NCBI GenBank assembly: GCA_020184695.1
Contig: JAANOX010000035.1
Coordinates: 124,001-188,000 of the forward strand
DNA from: Histomonas meleagridis 2922-C6/04-290x
Taxonomy: Eukaryota; Protista; Parabasalia
Reading direction: 5' to 3'
Length of the DNA stretch: 64,000 bases
Shown: positions 1 to 10,156 of the stretch, in pieces
How the letters are laid out: each line of letters opens with the position of its first letter
Position numbering within the stretch: the first letter of the stretch is position 1
Program-made: the position numbers and the translations under genes
Notes under the pieces: model-generated
Database searches by the model: none
What the model was told of the DNA's origin: nothing
What the model saw: the letters and a program-made list of their open reading frames with translations, nothing else

Positions 1-270
1 TCCATTGTCTGGAATGTCTTTAAAGCTAATTAATCCTGATAATAAAATTTGAAGAAATATAAAAATGTATTCTATTAAGCGTACAATGGTCCCTACTTCA
101 ACCGTTCTTCCGGCTTCTGCTATAACTGGAAAGATATCTAATTCGAAGATGTTTCTTGAACGAGATTGATTTGTTGTTGTTCGAGAATCAAAGGTAAGTG
201 AAAGCTGTCTCCCATTTGTTGATGAACTTGGTAGTGAGGATGCATTTACCGAATGTTGAACACTCGACAT
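1..270 (-). CDS. 5' part of a probable membrane protein; gene runs off the left edge of the window
   Basis: Manual translation from ATG at 270 is open to position 1: MSSVQHSVNASSLPSSSTNGRQLSLTFDSRTTTNQSRSRNIFELDIFPVIAEAGRTVEVGTIVRLIEYIFIFLQILLSGLISFKDIPDNG. Ser-rich N-terminus followed by a hydrophobic segment. Not in the ORF track because it has no stop inside the window. Confidence 0.7.
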   Translation of the reverse strand, partial: MSSVQHSVNASSLPSSSTNGRQLSLTFDSRTTTNQSRSRNIFELDIFPVIAEAGRTVEVGTIVRLIEYIFIFLQILLSGLISFKDIPDNG

Positions 271-912
271 ATTTCCGTTATTTTTTCTGACATTTGTTGT
301 GAAAAGAATGTAAACTTATGAAATTTGGTTTTATATAACTTTTTGAATTTAGTTTTGGCTGTTTTCAAGTCTGTCACTTGTTCAGAACTTTTCAATTTGA
401 ATTGCAACCCCCAAATAATTGGAACCGTTTCTTATCAAAAACCCAAAATTTGAGAAGTCATACAAAATTCCAAAATATACAAACCTGACACCTAAACGTT
501 TTTTTTTTTTTTAAATTAAATTTTTACTCATTGCAAACGAAATTTGTGTATAAAATATTTCGCAATGATAAAATTTTATCATACTCTGAGATAAAATGAA
601 TATAAATTAGGAATATGTAAGATAAAATAAAACCTTAGATAGGCAGCAATAATTTTCGTAAAAAAATTAAATTTTGATAATTAAACAATAATACTTAAAA
701 GAAATGCGGACATTAATTTATCGAAGCCCATTTTATGACAATGTTTATCGAATATATAAATAATAAAATATGAAATTTATAAAAAATTATTTTGAAAAAT
801 AATGAAATCAAATTATATACTACAAACACTTAGTATTCACTAAGTAAAAGTTATACAATAATATCTGTTTTAAAATTCAATAATATTTTTTTGAAAATAA
901 TTGATTTTTTTT

Positions 913-1281
913 TTACTTAGGAACTTGGTTATAAACCTTTGCAACTATTCTCCATTCATTGTTCATTTTAACCAGCATTAAATAATCGGAGAAATCATGA
1001 CCTGCCCAATTATCTTCAAGAACGCGTGCAAGTGCAACAGTTCCATCAATAAAAACAACATCGACGCGTGATCTATAACCTTCAGGTGCACCTACTTCAT
1101 TAATATTGTTGTATAAGTTTTGAATAGATCCTTGTTCAAGTTTTCCATCGAGGAAACCAAACATAACTGCGTTATCAAGGAAGACTGGTTGGCATATTTC
1201 TGGTTTACCACTACCAACTGCATCTGCAAACTTTTGGGCTGCTTCTTGAACTGCATTGAAATCGTCGATTGATGCTCTCAT
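913..1281 (-). CDS. NTF2/SnoaL-fold 'putative lumazine-binding' family protein, bacterial type
   Basis: 122 aa. The C-terminal pattern VDVVFIDGTVALARV...FSDYLMLVKMNNEWRIVAKVY is typical of bacterial Lumazine_bd_2/NTF2-like proteins. Confidence 0.75.
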   Translation of the reverse strand: MRASIDDFNAVQEAAQKFADAVGSGKPEICQPVFLDNAVMFGFLDGKLEQGSIQNLYNNINEVGAPEGYRSRVDVVFIDGTVALARVLEDNWAGHDFSDYLMLVKMNNEWRIVAKVYNQVPK

Positions 1282-1708
1282 GTCAATTATATATGTGAAG
1301 TCAACAACATTTCACCTTTTTTGAGGCACCAAAAATGAAGTATACGATAATTTTTTCATTTGTTTATTCGAAAAATGCAGCACGATAGCTTGTTGTAAAG
1401 TTAATAACGGTTGCTGTCAATAGCATTTAAACAATATTGTAAACAATAGAAAAATGTCGGTTCAAAGCAACAAAAAAAATTCGATTGGGCCTAATACTGA
1501 GTCTTTTTAAATGATAAACGAACTTTCCTGATTAAGCTTGTTTGGCTACAAATTCAATTTGAAGCTTATCATGTCATAAAAAATAATTGATCTTATCAAA
1601 CAAAATAATAAAAAAGTTCGTTATTTGTATCAATGTAGAAAATTCATATTGTGTTTAAGTAACTTTTTCTGTTTATTTTTATCGTTGCCTAATGTGCTAA
1701 AAGTGCCA

Positions 1709-2752
1709 ATGGATGTTCAATGCATTTCTGGCGCTTACGTTGATTATAGGTTTAATTCAGATCATCCAAATATCTCAAGAGTATTTGCCAATGCGAACTT
1801 AGATCTTGGAATTAATCATTGGGGGTTTCGGTATTGGAATCCAAATTTTGGAGACATATCACGTTACAAACTATGCAAATGGATTGGCGATGGCCGCTAT
1901 TCCGATGTGTTTGTTGCACTCCAAGATGATTCCAAAGAATGTGTAGTTAAAATTCTTAAACCAGTTAACACTGATCGTGTACGTCGTGAACTCAAAATTC
2001 TTACTATTATTCAAGGCCCTAATATACTCAAATTATTAGACATTGTCATTGATAAAAGAGAATCCATTCCAGCCATGGTTACAGAGTTATGTCCAAATGT
2101 TCCATATCGTAAACTTTTTTCATCAATGACACTTCTTGATGCTAAGTTCTATATTTATCGTGTTCTTCAAGCATTAAACCATGCACATAGTCTTGGTATA
2201 ATGCATCGTGATATTAAACCACTTAATATTTTATGCGAAAATCCACGTGAGAAAGTGGTGGTTGCTGATTGGGGTCTTGCGGAATTTTACCATCCACTTC
2301 GTCGATATAGTTCTCATGTTGCTACCAAATATTACAAATCACCCGAAATCCTTCTTGAGTATTGCTATTATGATTATTCACTTGACATATGGTCTCTTGG
2401 TGTAGTTTTACTTGAGATTCTCTCAAACAGGATACATGTCTTCGATTCCGACGATCCTGAACGGCTAATTGATGCGATTGCGGCCGTTACCGGCGGCGCC
2501 AAAATTGTTGAATGCTCAATGAAATATGGAAACGAAATATCTGAAGAAGTAAGCGAAAGGTTAAAGAAAATTGAGGGAATACCACTCGAAAATATGATTC
2601 CATATAGTAGGGCTTCTTTTAGAGATAAAGATGCACTGGATTTACTGTATAAAATGTTAAATGTGGATCACAAAGAAAGAATTTCTGCGGCAGAGGCATT
2701 GGAACACCCATTCTTCAAGGAGATAAGAGAACATGATCTAAAGGATAAATAA
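1709..2752 (+). CDS. Casein kinase II alpha-like CMGC protein kinase (divergent)
   Basis: GDGRYSDVF Gly loop, VVKILKPV, HRDIKPLN, DWGLAEFYHP (CK2 hallmark) and DIWSLG. The track ORF opens on TTG at 1625; the first ATG is at 1709. Confidence 0.9.
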   Translation: MDVQCISGAYVDYRFNSDHPNISRVFANANLDLGINHWGFRYWNPNFGDISRYKLCKWIGDGRYSDVFVALQDDSKECVVKILKPVNTDRVRRELKILTIIQGPNILKLLDIVIDKRESIPAMVTELCPNVPYRKLFSSMTLLDAKFYIYRVLQALNHAHSLGIMHRDIKPLNILCENPREKVVVADWGLAEFYHPLRRYSSHVATKYYKSPEILLEYCYYDYSLDIWSLGVVLLEILSNRIHVFDSDDPERLIDAIAAVTGGAKIVECSMKYGNEISEEVSERLKKIEGIPLENMIPYSRASFRDKDALDLLYKMLNVDHKERISAAEALEHPFFKEIREHDLKDK

Positions 2753-3011
2753 ATGTTATGGTTTGATAAATATTTTTAACATGTTAAACTTTTAAATTAA
2801 TTACAACTAAACTTTTAAAATATGTGTACTTACTTACATATATTTATGAACTGAGTGCTTAATTAATAATGAGATATATTTTATGTTTGTTAGAGAAAAG
2901 GTGATATTATCAATGAGTTAACTATCTTTCAGTCATGAGTTGCTATTATTTTAAATTGAATTTTCTTTATTCAGTTTTCACATTAGAAAATCATATCTAA
3001 TTGATGATATT

Positions 3012-3641
3012 TTATTCTAATAGATGATATGGAAAGTGTTCTAATGAATTGATTATTATCAATGCATTACATCCTTCGGCAGGACTTGAAGAAACAAATA
3101 CAGTCTGCATATTGAGGCTTTGAGCAGATTGAATGCCTTTGACTGAGTCTTCGATAACAATGAAATCTTGATTGGCAATTTGTGGAAAGTTTTGAGCTGC
3201 ACGAGAAAATAGATCAGGGCTTGGTTTTGGCGACATGTCTCCTTCATTTGTTATGATGAATTTTGCTTTCGCCATGATATCTTTGTGACCAGAAAGTTTT
3301 AAATTTAAATGAGCTCTATTGCAGCTTGCAGTGATACAAAATGGTATCGCACGTTTTTCAAGTTCAGCCACAAATTCTTCTACTCCTGGTTTCAATGGAA
3401 TTGTTGGATAAATTGTTTTTAAAATTTCGTCTCTTTTTTGGATGATTTCTTCGGGTGTTTCTTTTAATTTGTACTCAGCGCAAATAATTTTCCATGCTTC
3501 AAAATTACTTAGGCCTTTGACTCGATTTCTTAATTCTTGAGATGGCGTTCTTCCTGTAAGCTTAGTGTGAACAGATCTATTCACAGACTCGCTGTTGATA
3601 ATACATCCATCTGCATCGATTATAACAACTTTTTTCGACAT
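3012..3641 (-). CDS. HAD-superfamily hydrolase (HDHD1/pseudouridine-5'-phosphatase-like)
   Basis: Motif I IIDADG, motif III KPSPDLF, motif IV VIEDSVKG. ATG at 3641 is preceded on the minus strand by a TCACTT initiator. Confidence 0.88.
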   Translation of the reverse strand: MSKKVVIIDADGCIINSESVNRSVHTKLTGRTPSQELRNRVKGLSNFEAWKIICAEYKLKETPEEIIQKRDEILKTIYPTIPLKPGVEEFVAELEKRAIPFCITASCNRAHLNLKLSGHKDIMAKAKFIITNEGDMSPKPSPDLFSRAAQNFPQIANQDFIVIEDSVKGIQSAQSLNMQTVFVSSSPAEGCNALIIINSLEHFPYHLLE

Positions 3642-3718
3642 TGTTTTCAAGAAGAAAGTGAAATTTGCCGATTAATAACCTCCTTGTAAGGAGTGCTCTC
3701 AAAAAGTGGAGATTCTTC

Positions 3719-4306
3719 GTGGGCGCAGAAAATCCATTTGTTTATAAAATTATCATTTGTGGAGAAACTGGCGTAGGCAAAACAGCTTTTATGAACTGCC
3801 TTCTTGAACGTTATACGGATTATATATCAATTGGTATTGATTTGATATTTAAAAACTTAGAAATTGAAGGTAAACATGTTAAAGCACATGTTTGGGACCA
3901 GAATGGTTCAGAGCATTGGTTTGTCTCTCCTGCATATTTTCGCAAAGCAATTGGAGCAATTATTCTCTATGATATTTCCACAAAATCCTCTTTTCAGAAT
4001 GTTTCACGGTGGCTAAGCAATGTCCGTGAACACTCGGATAACAGAGTTGTAATTATGCTTATTGGATCAAAATGTGATCTTGAAAAGATTCGAGAAGTTT
4101 CAACAGAAGAAGGAATTGAATTCAGCAAAAACGAGAACCTTATTTTTTACGAAACGTCATCTCGCGAAAATATTAATGTTCATGAAGCATTCGCAACATT
4201 GATCAAAAAAATTTTTCAAATTCTTAACAGTGATAACCAACCAAAACAAGTTGTGGAACAAGAACCAAAATCAAACGAAAGGAAACATCTGTGTATTTTT
4301 TCTTGA
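3719..4306 (+). CDS. Degenerate Rab11-like small GTPase, or pseudogene; start codon uncertain
   Basis: P-loop GETGVGKT, Rab-like AIGAIILYDIS...WLSNVREH...VIMLIGSKCDL...FYETSS, C-terminal CIFS. No ATG in any frame between 3661 and 3790; GTG at 3719 is the most plausible start. Confidence 0.7.
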   Translation: MGAENPFVYKIIICGETGVGKTAFMNCLLERYTDYISIGIDLIFKNLEIEGKHVKAHVWDQNGSEHWFVSPAYFRKAIGAIILYDISTKSSFQNVSRWLSNVREHSDNRVVIMLIGSKCDLEKIREVSTEEGIEFSKNENLIFYETSSRENINVHEAFATLIKKIFQILNSDNQPKQVVEQEPKSNERKHLCIFS

Positions 4307-5127
4307 TTTATTGAACAACGAAAAAATTAGCACGAAGACAAAAAACGAAAAAATACTCCAAGCATTTCACAAAGTAAATCTTCGATTTTTATTGCTCATT
4401 GTGTGTTTAATAATGTTGAAAATTAATGTGAAATTAACAAATGAATTTTTTATTGTTAAAACAGTGAGTTGTTTCTACAAGAGAAAACGAAATGATATTC
4501 AACACAAAACTTTTTTTTGAAAAATTATCTAAACAATATTTTGCTATTTTCTTTTGAATTGCTGAAGTGTCATAGCAAGTTTTGAAAACAGCATCTTTCT
4601 ATTCTTGTAAAGCGAATTGTAATATCCTATTGAACGGATATAATAATTATTTGTAACAATTAATCAACAATGGTGACAATTTATCACTAAATAACAACAC
4701 TAAACTTAACGATACATATGAAATGCAATCAATTAATGATTTATATGAATTATCAATTACTATTTGTATGAGTTTTGATTTATGTAATGAGTTCTTAATA
4801 AATGTTCAATACTTTCAATCGGACTTCATATGTGGGATCGATACTTTCTTGTTTTGAAACAAAAAAATCATAATTCATAAAAATTTCATAATTCATAAAA
4901 AAAATCATATTCATCATATTAATAATTATTTTTAAAATTAACTGTAATTTTGTCTACATACGTTTTTTTGAAAGCCTACTTTTAATTTTATGTAGAATCG
5001 CTTTGTACTAGAGCACATGAAATAAAATGAATGACTTAAAATAATAAAAAGTTATTTCCATTTGTTACAAATATAACAACTTCACATTTCGATTTTTATT
5101 ATTTGATAAAATAAGAGTTCTAAAATA

Positions 5128-5592
5128 TTATTTTTTAATTGCTGGGAATGTTAAGTTTCCTTGCTTCAGGTCAGACTTTTCACCATCGAAATCGAAAAAT
5201 AGTGATGTCGCAACAATCATTTTCGGTTCGGTTGGAATTACTTCATTTGGAAGAGGATATGCAATCTTTTCTTCGTCATCATAAACTAATTTGACGCGCC
5301 CCTTTTTCACTTCATCGTTCTTGGGCTTTTCTTTAAATAATCTTTCATTTGGTAATATGTGGCGCCTTGCATGTTTTTTACTTTTTTCTTTTTTCCTATC
5401 TATTTTTGGTTCCTCGTGTCTCATTCTTGCTGGTTCTACAAGGTCTTGCTGCATTTTATATATATCTTTTCGAATTTCTGCACTTTCCTTTGTGACATCA
5501 TATACATCCAGGTTATCTAAGTCTTTTGAAAGAGATGATATATTTCCTAAGAGCTCATCGAGTTCTTTTTGCTCTTCAGGGTTAAGCGACAT
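5128..5592 (-). CDS. Hypothetical protein (~154 aa, charged)
   Basis: ORF with ATG at 5592 in a caaaATG context and an M3-like AACCGTTT just upstream. No recognisable domain. Confidence 0.7.
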   Translation of the reverse strand: MSLNPEEQKELDELLGNISSLSKDLDNLDVYDVTKESAEIRKDIYKMQQDLVEPARMRHEEPKIDRKKEKSKKHARRHILPNERLFKEKPKNDEVKKGRVKLVYDDEEKIAYPLPNEVIPTEPKMIVATSLFFDFDGEKSDLKQGNLTFPAIKK

Positions 5593-6095
5593 TTTGATAT
5601 TTGAAACGGTTTTTAGCTTTTTCAAGTGTATTACCTTTCAGAGAATATTTATGTGGCATGATAAATCATCTCAATTTTTTCATTTTGAATTAAAATTTTC
5701 CTTGTCAAGTATCCAGAGAACTAATGACTTGGTATTTTCCGATCTAGAAAAGTTAATTATATATTAACACAGTACTGTGTTAATACCTTAATCAATCGAT
5801 TCATTTGTCGTGAACAGAAACAAATTTTAAAAAGTTTACGATTCATTCTAATATTCAATAATAAATTTACTTGAATTATTAAATATTATTTGATGACTTA
5901 CGAACTTGTAAAAATTCATTGTTACATAAATTTAGTATACATTAATTGAATCTGTAACATTAGTATACTATTAATTCTTTTTTATTTAAATGTCATATAT
6001 ATTGACATTATTTTTGACTTAATTTAAAATAATTATTGTTTGCTCATGCAATTTTTATTTAAATAAAACCTTGATTTTCTTCAACTTCTTTTTCA

Positions 6096-6212
6096 TTAAT
6101 AAATCCAATTTTCAGTTCTTGAATAAAGACCTATTGGAATTTGATTTGGTGGTGCTTGTTCTGCAGATGCTTTTCGGGCGATATCTTCAATTGAATGTAC
6201 GTTGCGAAGCAT
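6096..6212 (-). CDS. Possible 38-aa small ORF or gene fragment
   Basis: Manual translation MLRNVHSIEDIARKASAEQAPPNQIPIGLYSRTENWIY*. The stretch is GC-richer than the flanking intergenic DNA. Confidence 0.35.
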   Translation of the reverse strand: MLRNVHSIEDIARKASAEQAPPNQIPIGLYSRTENWIY

Positions 6213-6778
6213 AGAGAATCAATTTTAAGTTTCCAAGTAATAAACAAGTACAATGAATTTGCACCAACTTTCTTTTGAAAAAAAAAATATTTTCAAAAAT
6301 CAATTAATCACAATTTATTTTTCATTAAAGAAAGAAGAAAAATTTGATAACTGATAAAAACAAATTGTGGTTTAAGAAAACCCTATAAATATATTTTTTT
6401 TTTTGAAAAAAAAAATTTTATGCAATGTATAAAAAATCTTACTTCATTACTTACTTTAATATTGTCAGCGGTACAAAGTGTGCTGAGTTTAAGTGAAGTT
6501 ATTACATAATAAAATTAAGTTGACCAAGATGTTGATGCTAAATTTAAATTAAAATTAAAACAATAAATCATTTTTTTAACAAAAATTTATGAATAAACAT
6601 TTTTAATTAACACTATTAGAATTATAAGCATAAAGATATGGTCAAAAAACATAAATCGTTGTTTAAACATTAGTCAGTAATTACTAATTTGAATATTTTA
6701 CAAATAAAAAAGCCACTTTTCTTGTTTGTGGTAAATAGTCAATTTTCTTTGGCCGTGTTTGGTTACAATAGAAAAGGC

Positions 6779-8971
6779 ATGAGCTCTCCAAATCAGCCTC
6801 ATCCCAAAAACATGGAAATCAAAGTTGAACGACGTCAAAAGGGAGAAGGAGCAAGTCTTTTTAATATTACACGCCCTCCTCAACAAAAGAAAGATGTGAA
6901 AATTGAATTTGCTGTAAAAATGCCTACAACAACTGTCGAAAAGCCAAAACCACGCCAAGCTCAAAATCCAACAATAACAGTTCAAAAGCCAAATAAAGGA
7001 TCAAAAATCGAAATCACAATCTTAAAGAATGCAAAAGGTAAATATACTAAACAACAAATTCTTAAATTCAGAGAAAAGATTTTGGAATTGAAGATTAAAA
7101 TTAGTGATGAATCAACTGCTGAAATGCATGCAAATTTGAAGCGTTTCCAAGTTGCAAATCAACGTAATAAGAAAGGAAACAACAAAGGCAAGGGACGTCA
7201 AAGGAATTATGAAATTACCAAACAAGTCAACAGAGATGAACTTCAAAATCAAAAATTCAAAATCACCAAAGAACTTAACAAACTTACAATGGACAACTTT
7301 AACAGTGTTGCTGATTGTCTTACAGTCAATGAGCACAACTTCTTTACAGAACAATATTTATCAATGCTTGCTAGTTGTATTCAAGAGCAAGCAGCAATTC
7401 AACCACTTTTCTCCAGGCTCTATTCACTTTTGGTACGTTCCACATCACAAGTTTTAAACAATGAAGAATATAATCAACTTCGTAATTTATTTATTAATAC
7501 TCTTATTAACAAATCTCTTGAAGCTCTTAATGCAGAATTAGTCAACACCACCTCCGGTGCCATTGGTTTATCCTCCTTTATTGGATTTTTAGCCATGCAT
7601 CATTTTATCGATATTCATAAGATCTATGAAATTTGTCTTCGAGTCATCAACGAAAACCCATTAGTTCCATCGCACATTGAAATAGTACGTCAATTATTAA
7701 TTCCATGTGGCTCATTGTTAGAAAGTCAAATCAAAGAATCGACAGCTAATCTCTTCGAAAAGCTTCAAGACTTGACAAAGAAGGAAGCAGGCTTACCCGG
7801 TCTTATCCGTTTCCCGCTTATTGATCTTCTTGATGCCCGTAAGAACAATTGGGATGTCAAAGGATTAATTAATGAAATTTATACACTTAAAGGAGCCAAA
7901 GAGAACAAATCATTCTTTGATTCATCCACCACAGTGCAAAAGAAGGCGCATAAGCCAGTTATCTCTGCAGGAAAGAATTCGTTTGCCGGACTTTTGGATA
8001 GTGACAGTGATGAAGAATATGATTATGAAGATGTTAGTGATGAACCATTTGATGCTGAACAAATGGTTCGAATGTTTGTTGTTGATAATGAACTTCCGAC
8101 ACAATGGCATAAGGAATATACTGAACAACTTATATATGCTATAGCACAACGTCCTACTAAAGAAATGACCAAAATATTATCCATATTCCAAATCCTTCAA
8201 GACAAAGACACATTTGACAATGAAAATGCAGTTGAATGTCTTTCTAAAGTAGTTCAAGAATATCAAAAAGAAGGACTCATTGATCAATTCAAAGATTCAC
8301 CATTTTATTTCGGATCAATCTTCGGGCGCTTTGTTAAAATTAATGTTGCGAATGTTAACCAATACTCAATGGTCTTCCAAACATATGATTCACGTGTCAT
8401 CGAATCATTCTTCAAGGAAATCAAGTCAAGTAAAGTAATCATCCAAAGTATGCGCGAATCAAATTATTGGAGAAACTATGAATGGGCGCCATTTGGTAAA
8501 TGTTCACAAAACGAAATCGTTAATATATTAATTGATCTTAACTCCGATTCATTGTTCGAATTGTTCCCATTATATGATTACATGTCACAACTTGAAGACT
8601 TAGTAACTGATCCTGAACAAAATGTCGAAGAAATCAAAGCAATTATTAATGAGGACTTCCCAACAAACATCGTGGAGATGCCTGCTTTCGCTGAAGGTAT
8701 CATAGAATATTTATATAACGAGGATATATTAAGTGGAGATGACGCAACGAAAATAGCGAAAAACGTTTTGGAACCATTGAAGTTGAACTCGTTGTATATG
8801 TTGAATTGGGTCGAGAAGAAATGCGCGTACAGTATGGAAATAGAAGCAGCAGCAAAGTTCATATTCGAATTGGCTAAAACAGCATCTTTCGATTTGAAGC
8901 CTTATTTGGAAAGTAACGGTAACGAGGAACATGTTCAAATGATATCTTTAATAAAGAAAATGAATGACTAA
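6779..8971 (+). CDS. eIF4G: eIF4G-like MIF4G-domain translation initiation factor
   Basis: MIF4G features: ELNKLTMDNF, QAAIQPLFSRLYSLL, FIGFL, IRFPLIDLLDARKNNW. An upstream YTKQQIL motif resembles the YxxxxL-phi eIF4E-binding motif. First ATG at 6779. Confidence 0.8.
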   Translation: MSSPNQPHPKNMEIKVERRQKGEGASLFNITRPPQQKKDVKIEFAVKMPTTTVEKPKPRQAQNPTITVQKPNKGSKIEITILKNAKGKYTKQQILKFREKILELKIKISDESTAEMHANLKRFQVANQRNKKGNNKGKGRQRNYEITKQVNRDELQNQKFKITKELNKLTMDNFNSVADCLTVNEHNFFTEQYLSMLASCIQEQAAIQPLFSRLYSLLVRSTSQVLNNEEYNQLRNLFINTLINKSLEALNAELVNTTSGAIGLSSFIGFLAMHHFIDIHKIYEICLRVINENPLVPSHIEIVRQLLIPCGSLLESQIKESTANLFEKLQDLTKKEAGLPGLIRFPLIDLLDARKNNWDVKGLINEIYTLKGAKENKSFFDSSTTVQKKAHKPVISAGKNSFAGLLDSDSDEEYDYEDVSDEPFDAEQMVRMFVVDNELPTQWHKEYTEQLIYAIAQRPTKEMTKILSIFQILQDKDTFDNENAVECLSKVVQEYQKEGLIDQFKDSPFYFGSIFGRFVKINVANVNQYSMVFQTYDSRVIESFFKEIKSSKVIIQSMRESNYWRNYEWAPFGKCSQNEIVNILIDLNSDSLFELFPLYDYMSQLEDLVTDPEQNVEEIKAIINEDFPTNIVEMPAFAEGIIEYLYNEDILSGDDATKIAKNVLEPLKLNSLYMLNWVEKKCAYSMEIEAAAKFIFELAKTASFDLKPYLESNGNEEHVQMISLIKKMND

Positions 8972-9021
8972 TGTAAATAAGATCGCAGTTAGAGAAAATT
9001 GGTAAATTAAATTGAAAAATA

Positions 9022-9057
9022 TTTTTTTTGTTTTTTTTTTTTTTTTTTTTTTTTTTT
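9022..9057. repeat. Poly-T tract (T8-G-T27)
   Basis: Directly visible homopolymer between two genes. Confidence 0.95.
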
Positions 9058-9256
9058 GGATGTTTTAACTCATTAAGAAAAATTGCTATGGAATCAACAT
9101 AACTTTGATATGATATTCTGTTATAAAGAAGAAAAATTTCGTTGAAGTGTTTTTGTACAATTTAGTCAAAAGTTGAAAGTTTAAAAATGAAGTGATATGA
9201 AAGTTTTTGTATTATACGTTATGCATAAATGTGTAAAATATTGAAAAAATCTAAAA

Positions 9257-10156
9257 ATGGAGGAGAACATTCTCCATCCCTCAGCTACTGATGTAAAGAA
9301 TGCTTACAACTACAGGATGGATATTTTTACACGGAACTCAACAATTGCAGGTGTTACAGTTATTTTTATTATTATCATTAATTATATATCACAAAATTTA
9401 ACATTTTTCATAATAATAACGACATCAACAGTTGTATTTTATATTATAGAAAAACCAATTCATAATGTTTTACATGGAATCATCATTTCTGATCAATACT
9501 TTGATGAGGTTCCATTCAAATTATTTTATTTTTCTAGTGCAGCAGGACTATTTTGCATTCTCTCATTATTGCTTATGCTAACTATTGAATCAGATCAAAT
9601 TCTTGATAAATATTTATACTCATTTTTATTTTCACAATCCACTTTTCTTCTTTCTTCAACAATTAGATCGCTTCTTATTGTGCTCAAGATCATTTCTAGA
9701 GAATCTATAAGGCTTGGCTTTTTTGCAATTTTTCAAAGGATCTTCATTATTCTTCGCAGCATTGGTACTTTTTTTATTTGGGTATCATTTATTGATAAAA
9801 TATCTTTCCACCGTCTTTTCATGCTTATCTTTTATATATCTTCCAAGATCATATTCATTACTTATTTATTCATAGATTTAATTTCTACCATAAAATTGTA
9901 CAGACAAAACAAAAAGAGGAGGATAAAGATTTCCAGGCCTCTTAAAGATCATTTGTGCACCATCTGTCTGGAAACAGGTATTAAAGAGCCTGTTTTACTT
10001 GATTGCGGCCACATCTATTGCTATCACTGTCTGACTCACTGGCTGAGGATTAAGCAAACATGCCCTTTCTGCCAGCAACCTGCTTTTCCACCGCCAACAA
10101 TAATCGAGCTTTCAGATGGATTTGTCCCTTTGTCGATGTTTATTTTCACTATTTAA
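9257..10156 (+). CDS. Multi-pass membrane RING-finger E3 ligase (RNFT1-like)
   Basis: Several hydrophobic segments followed by a C3HC4 RING, CTIC...CGHIYCYHC...CPFC. The C-terminal LSDG..LSMFIF tail resembles RNFT1. Confidence 0.85.
   Translation: MEENILHPSATDVKNAYNYRMDIFTRNSTIAGVTVIFIIIINYISQNLTFFIIITTSTVVFYIIEKPIHNVLHGIIISDQYFDEVPFKLFYFSSAAGLFCILSLLLMLTIESDQILDKYLYSFLFSQSTFLLSSTIRSLLIVLKIISRESIRLGFFAIFQRIFIILRSIGTFFIWVSFIDKISFHRLFMLIFYISSKIIFITYLFIDLISTIKLYRQNKKRRIKISRPLKDHLCTICLETGIKEPVLLDCGHIYCYHCLTHWLRIKQTCPFCQQPAFPPPTIIELSDGFVPLSMFIFTI

Noticed and set aside
3686-3728. GTAAG...CAG as a possible intron rescuing the Rab start
   Set aside because: There is no ACTAAC branch motif and no upstream ATG to splice from.
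4860-4925. Short TCATAATTCATAAAAA duplications, and similar AT microrepeats near 11150 and 53890-53960
   Set aside because: Low-complexity slippage products expected in very AT-rich intergenic DNA.
5291-5767. 158-aa plus-strand Phe/Ser-rich ORF
   Set aside because: TTG start; it is the antisense shadow of the Lys/Glu-rich minus-strand gene.
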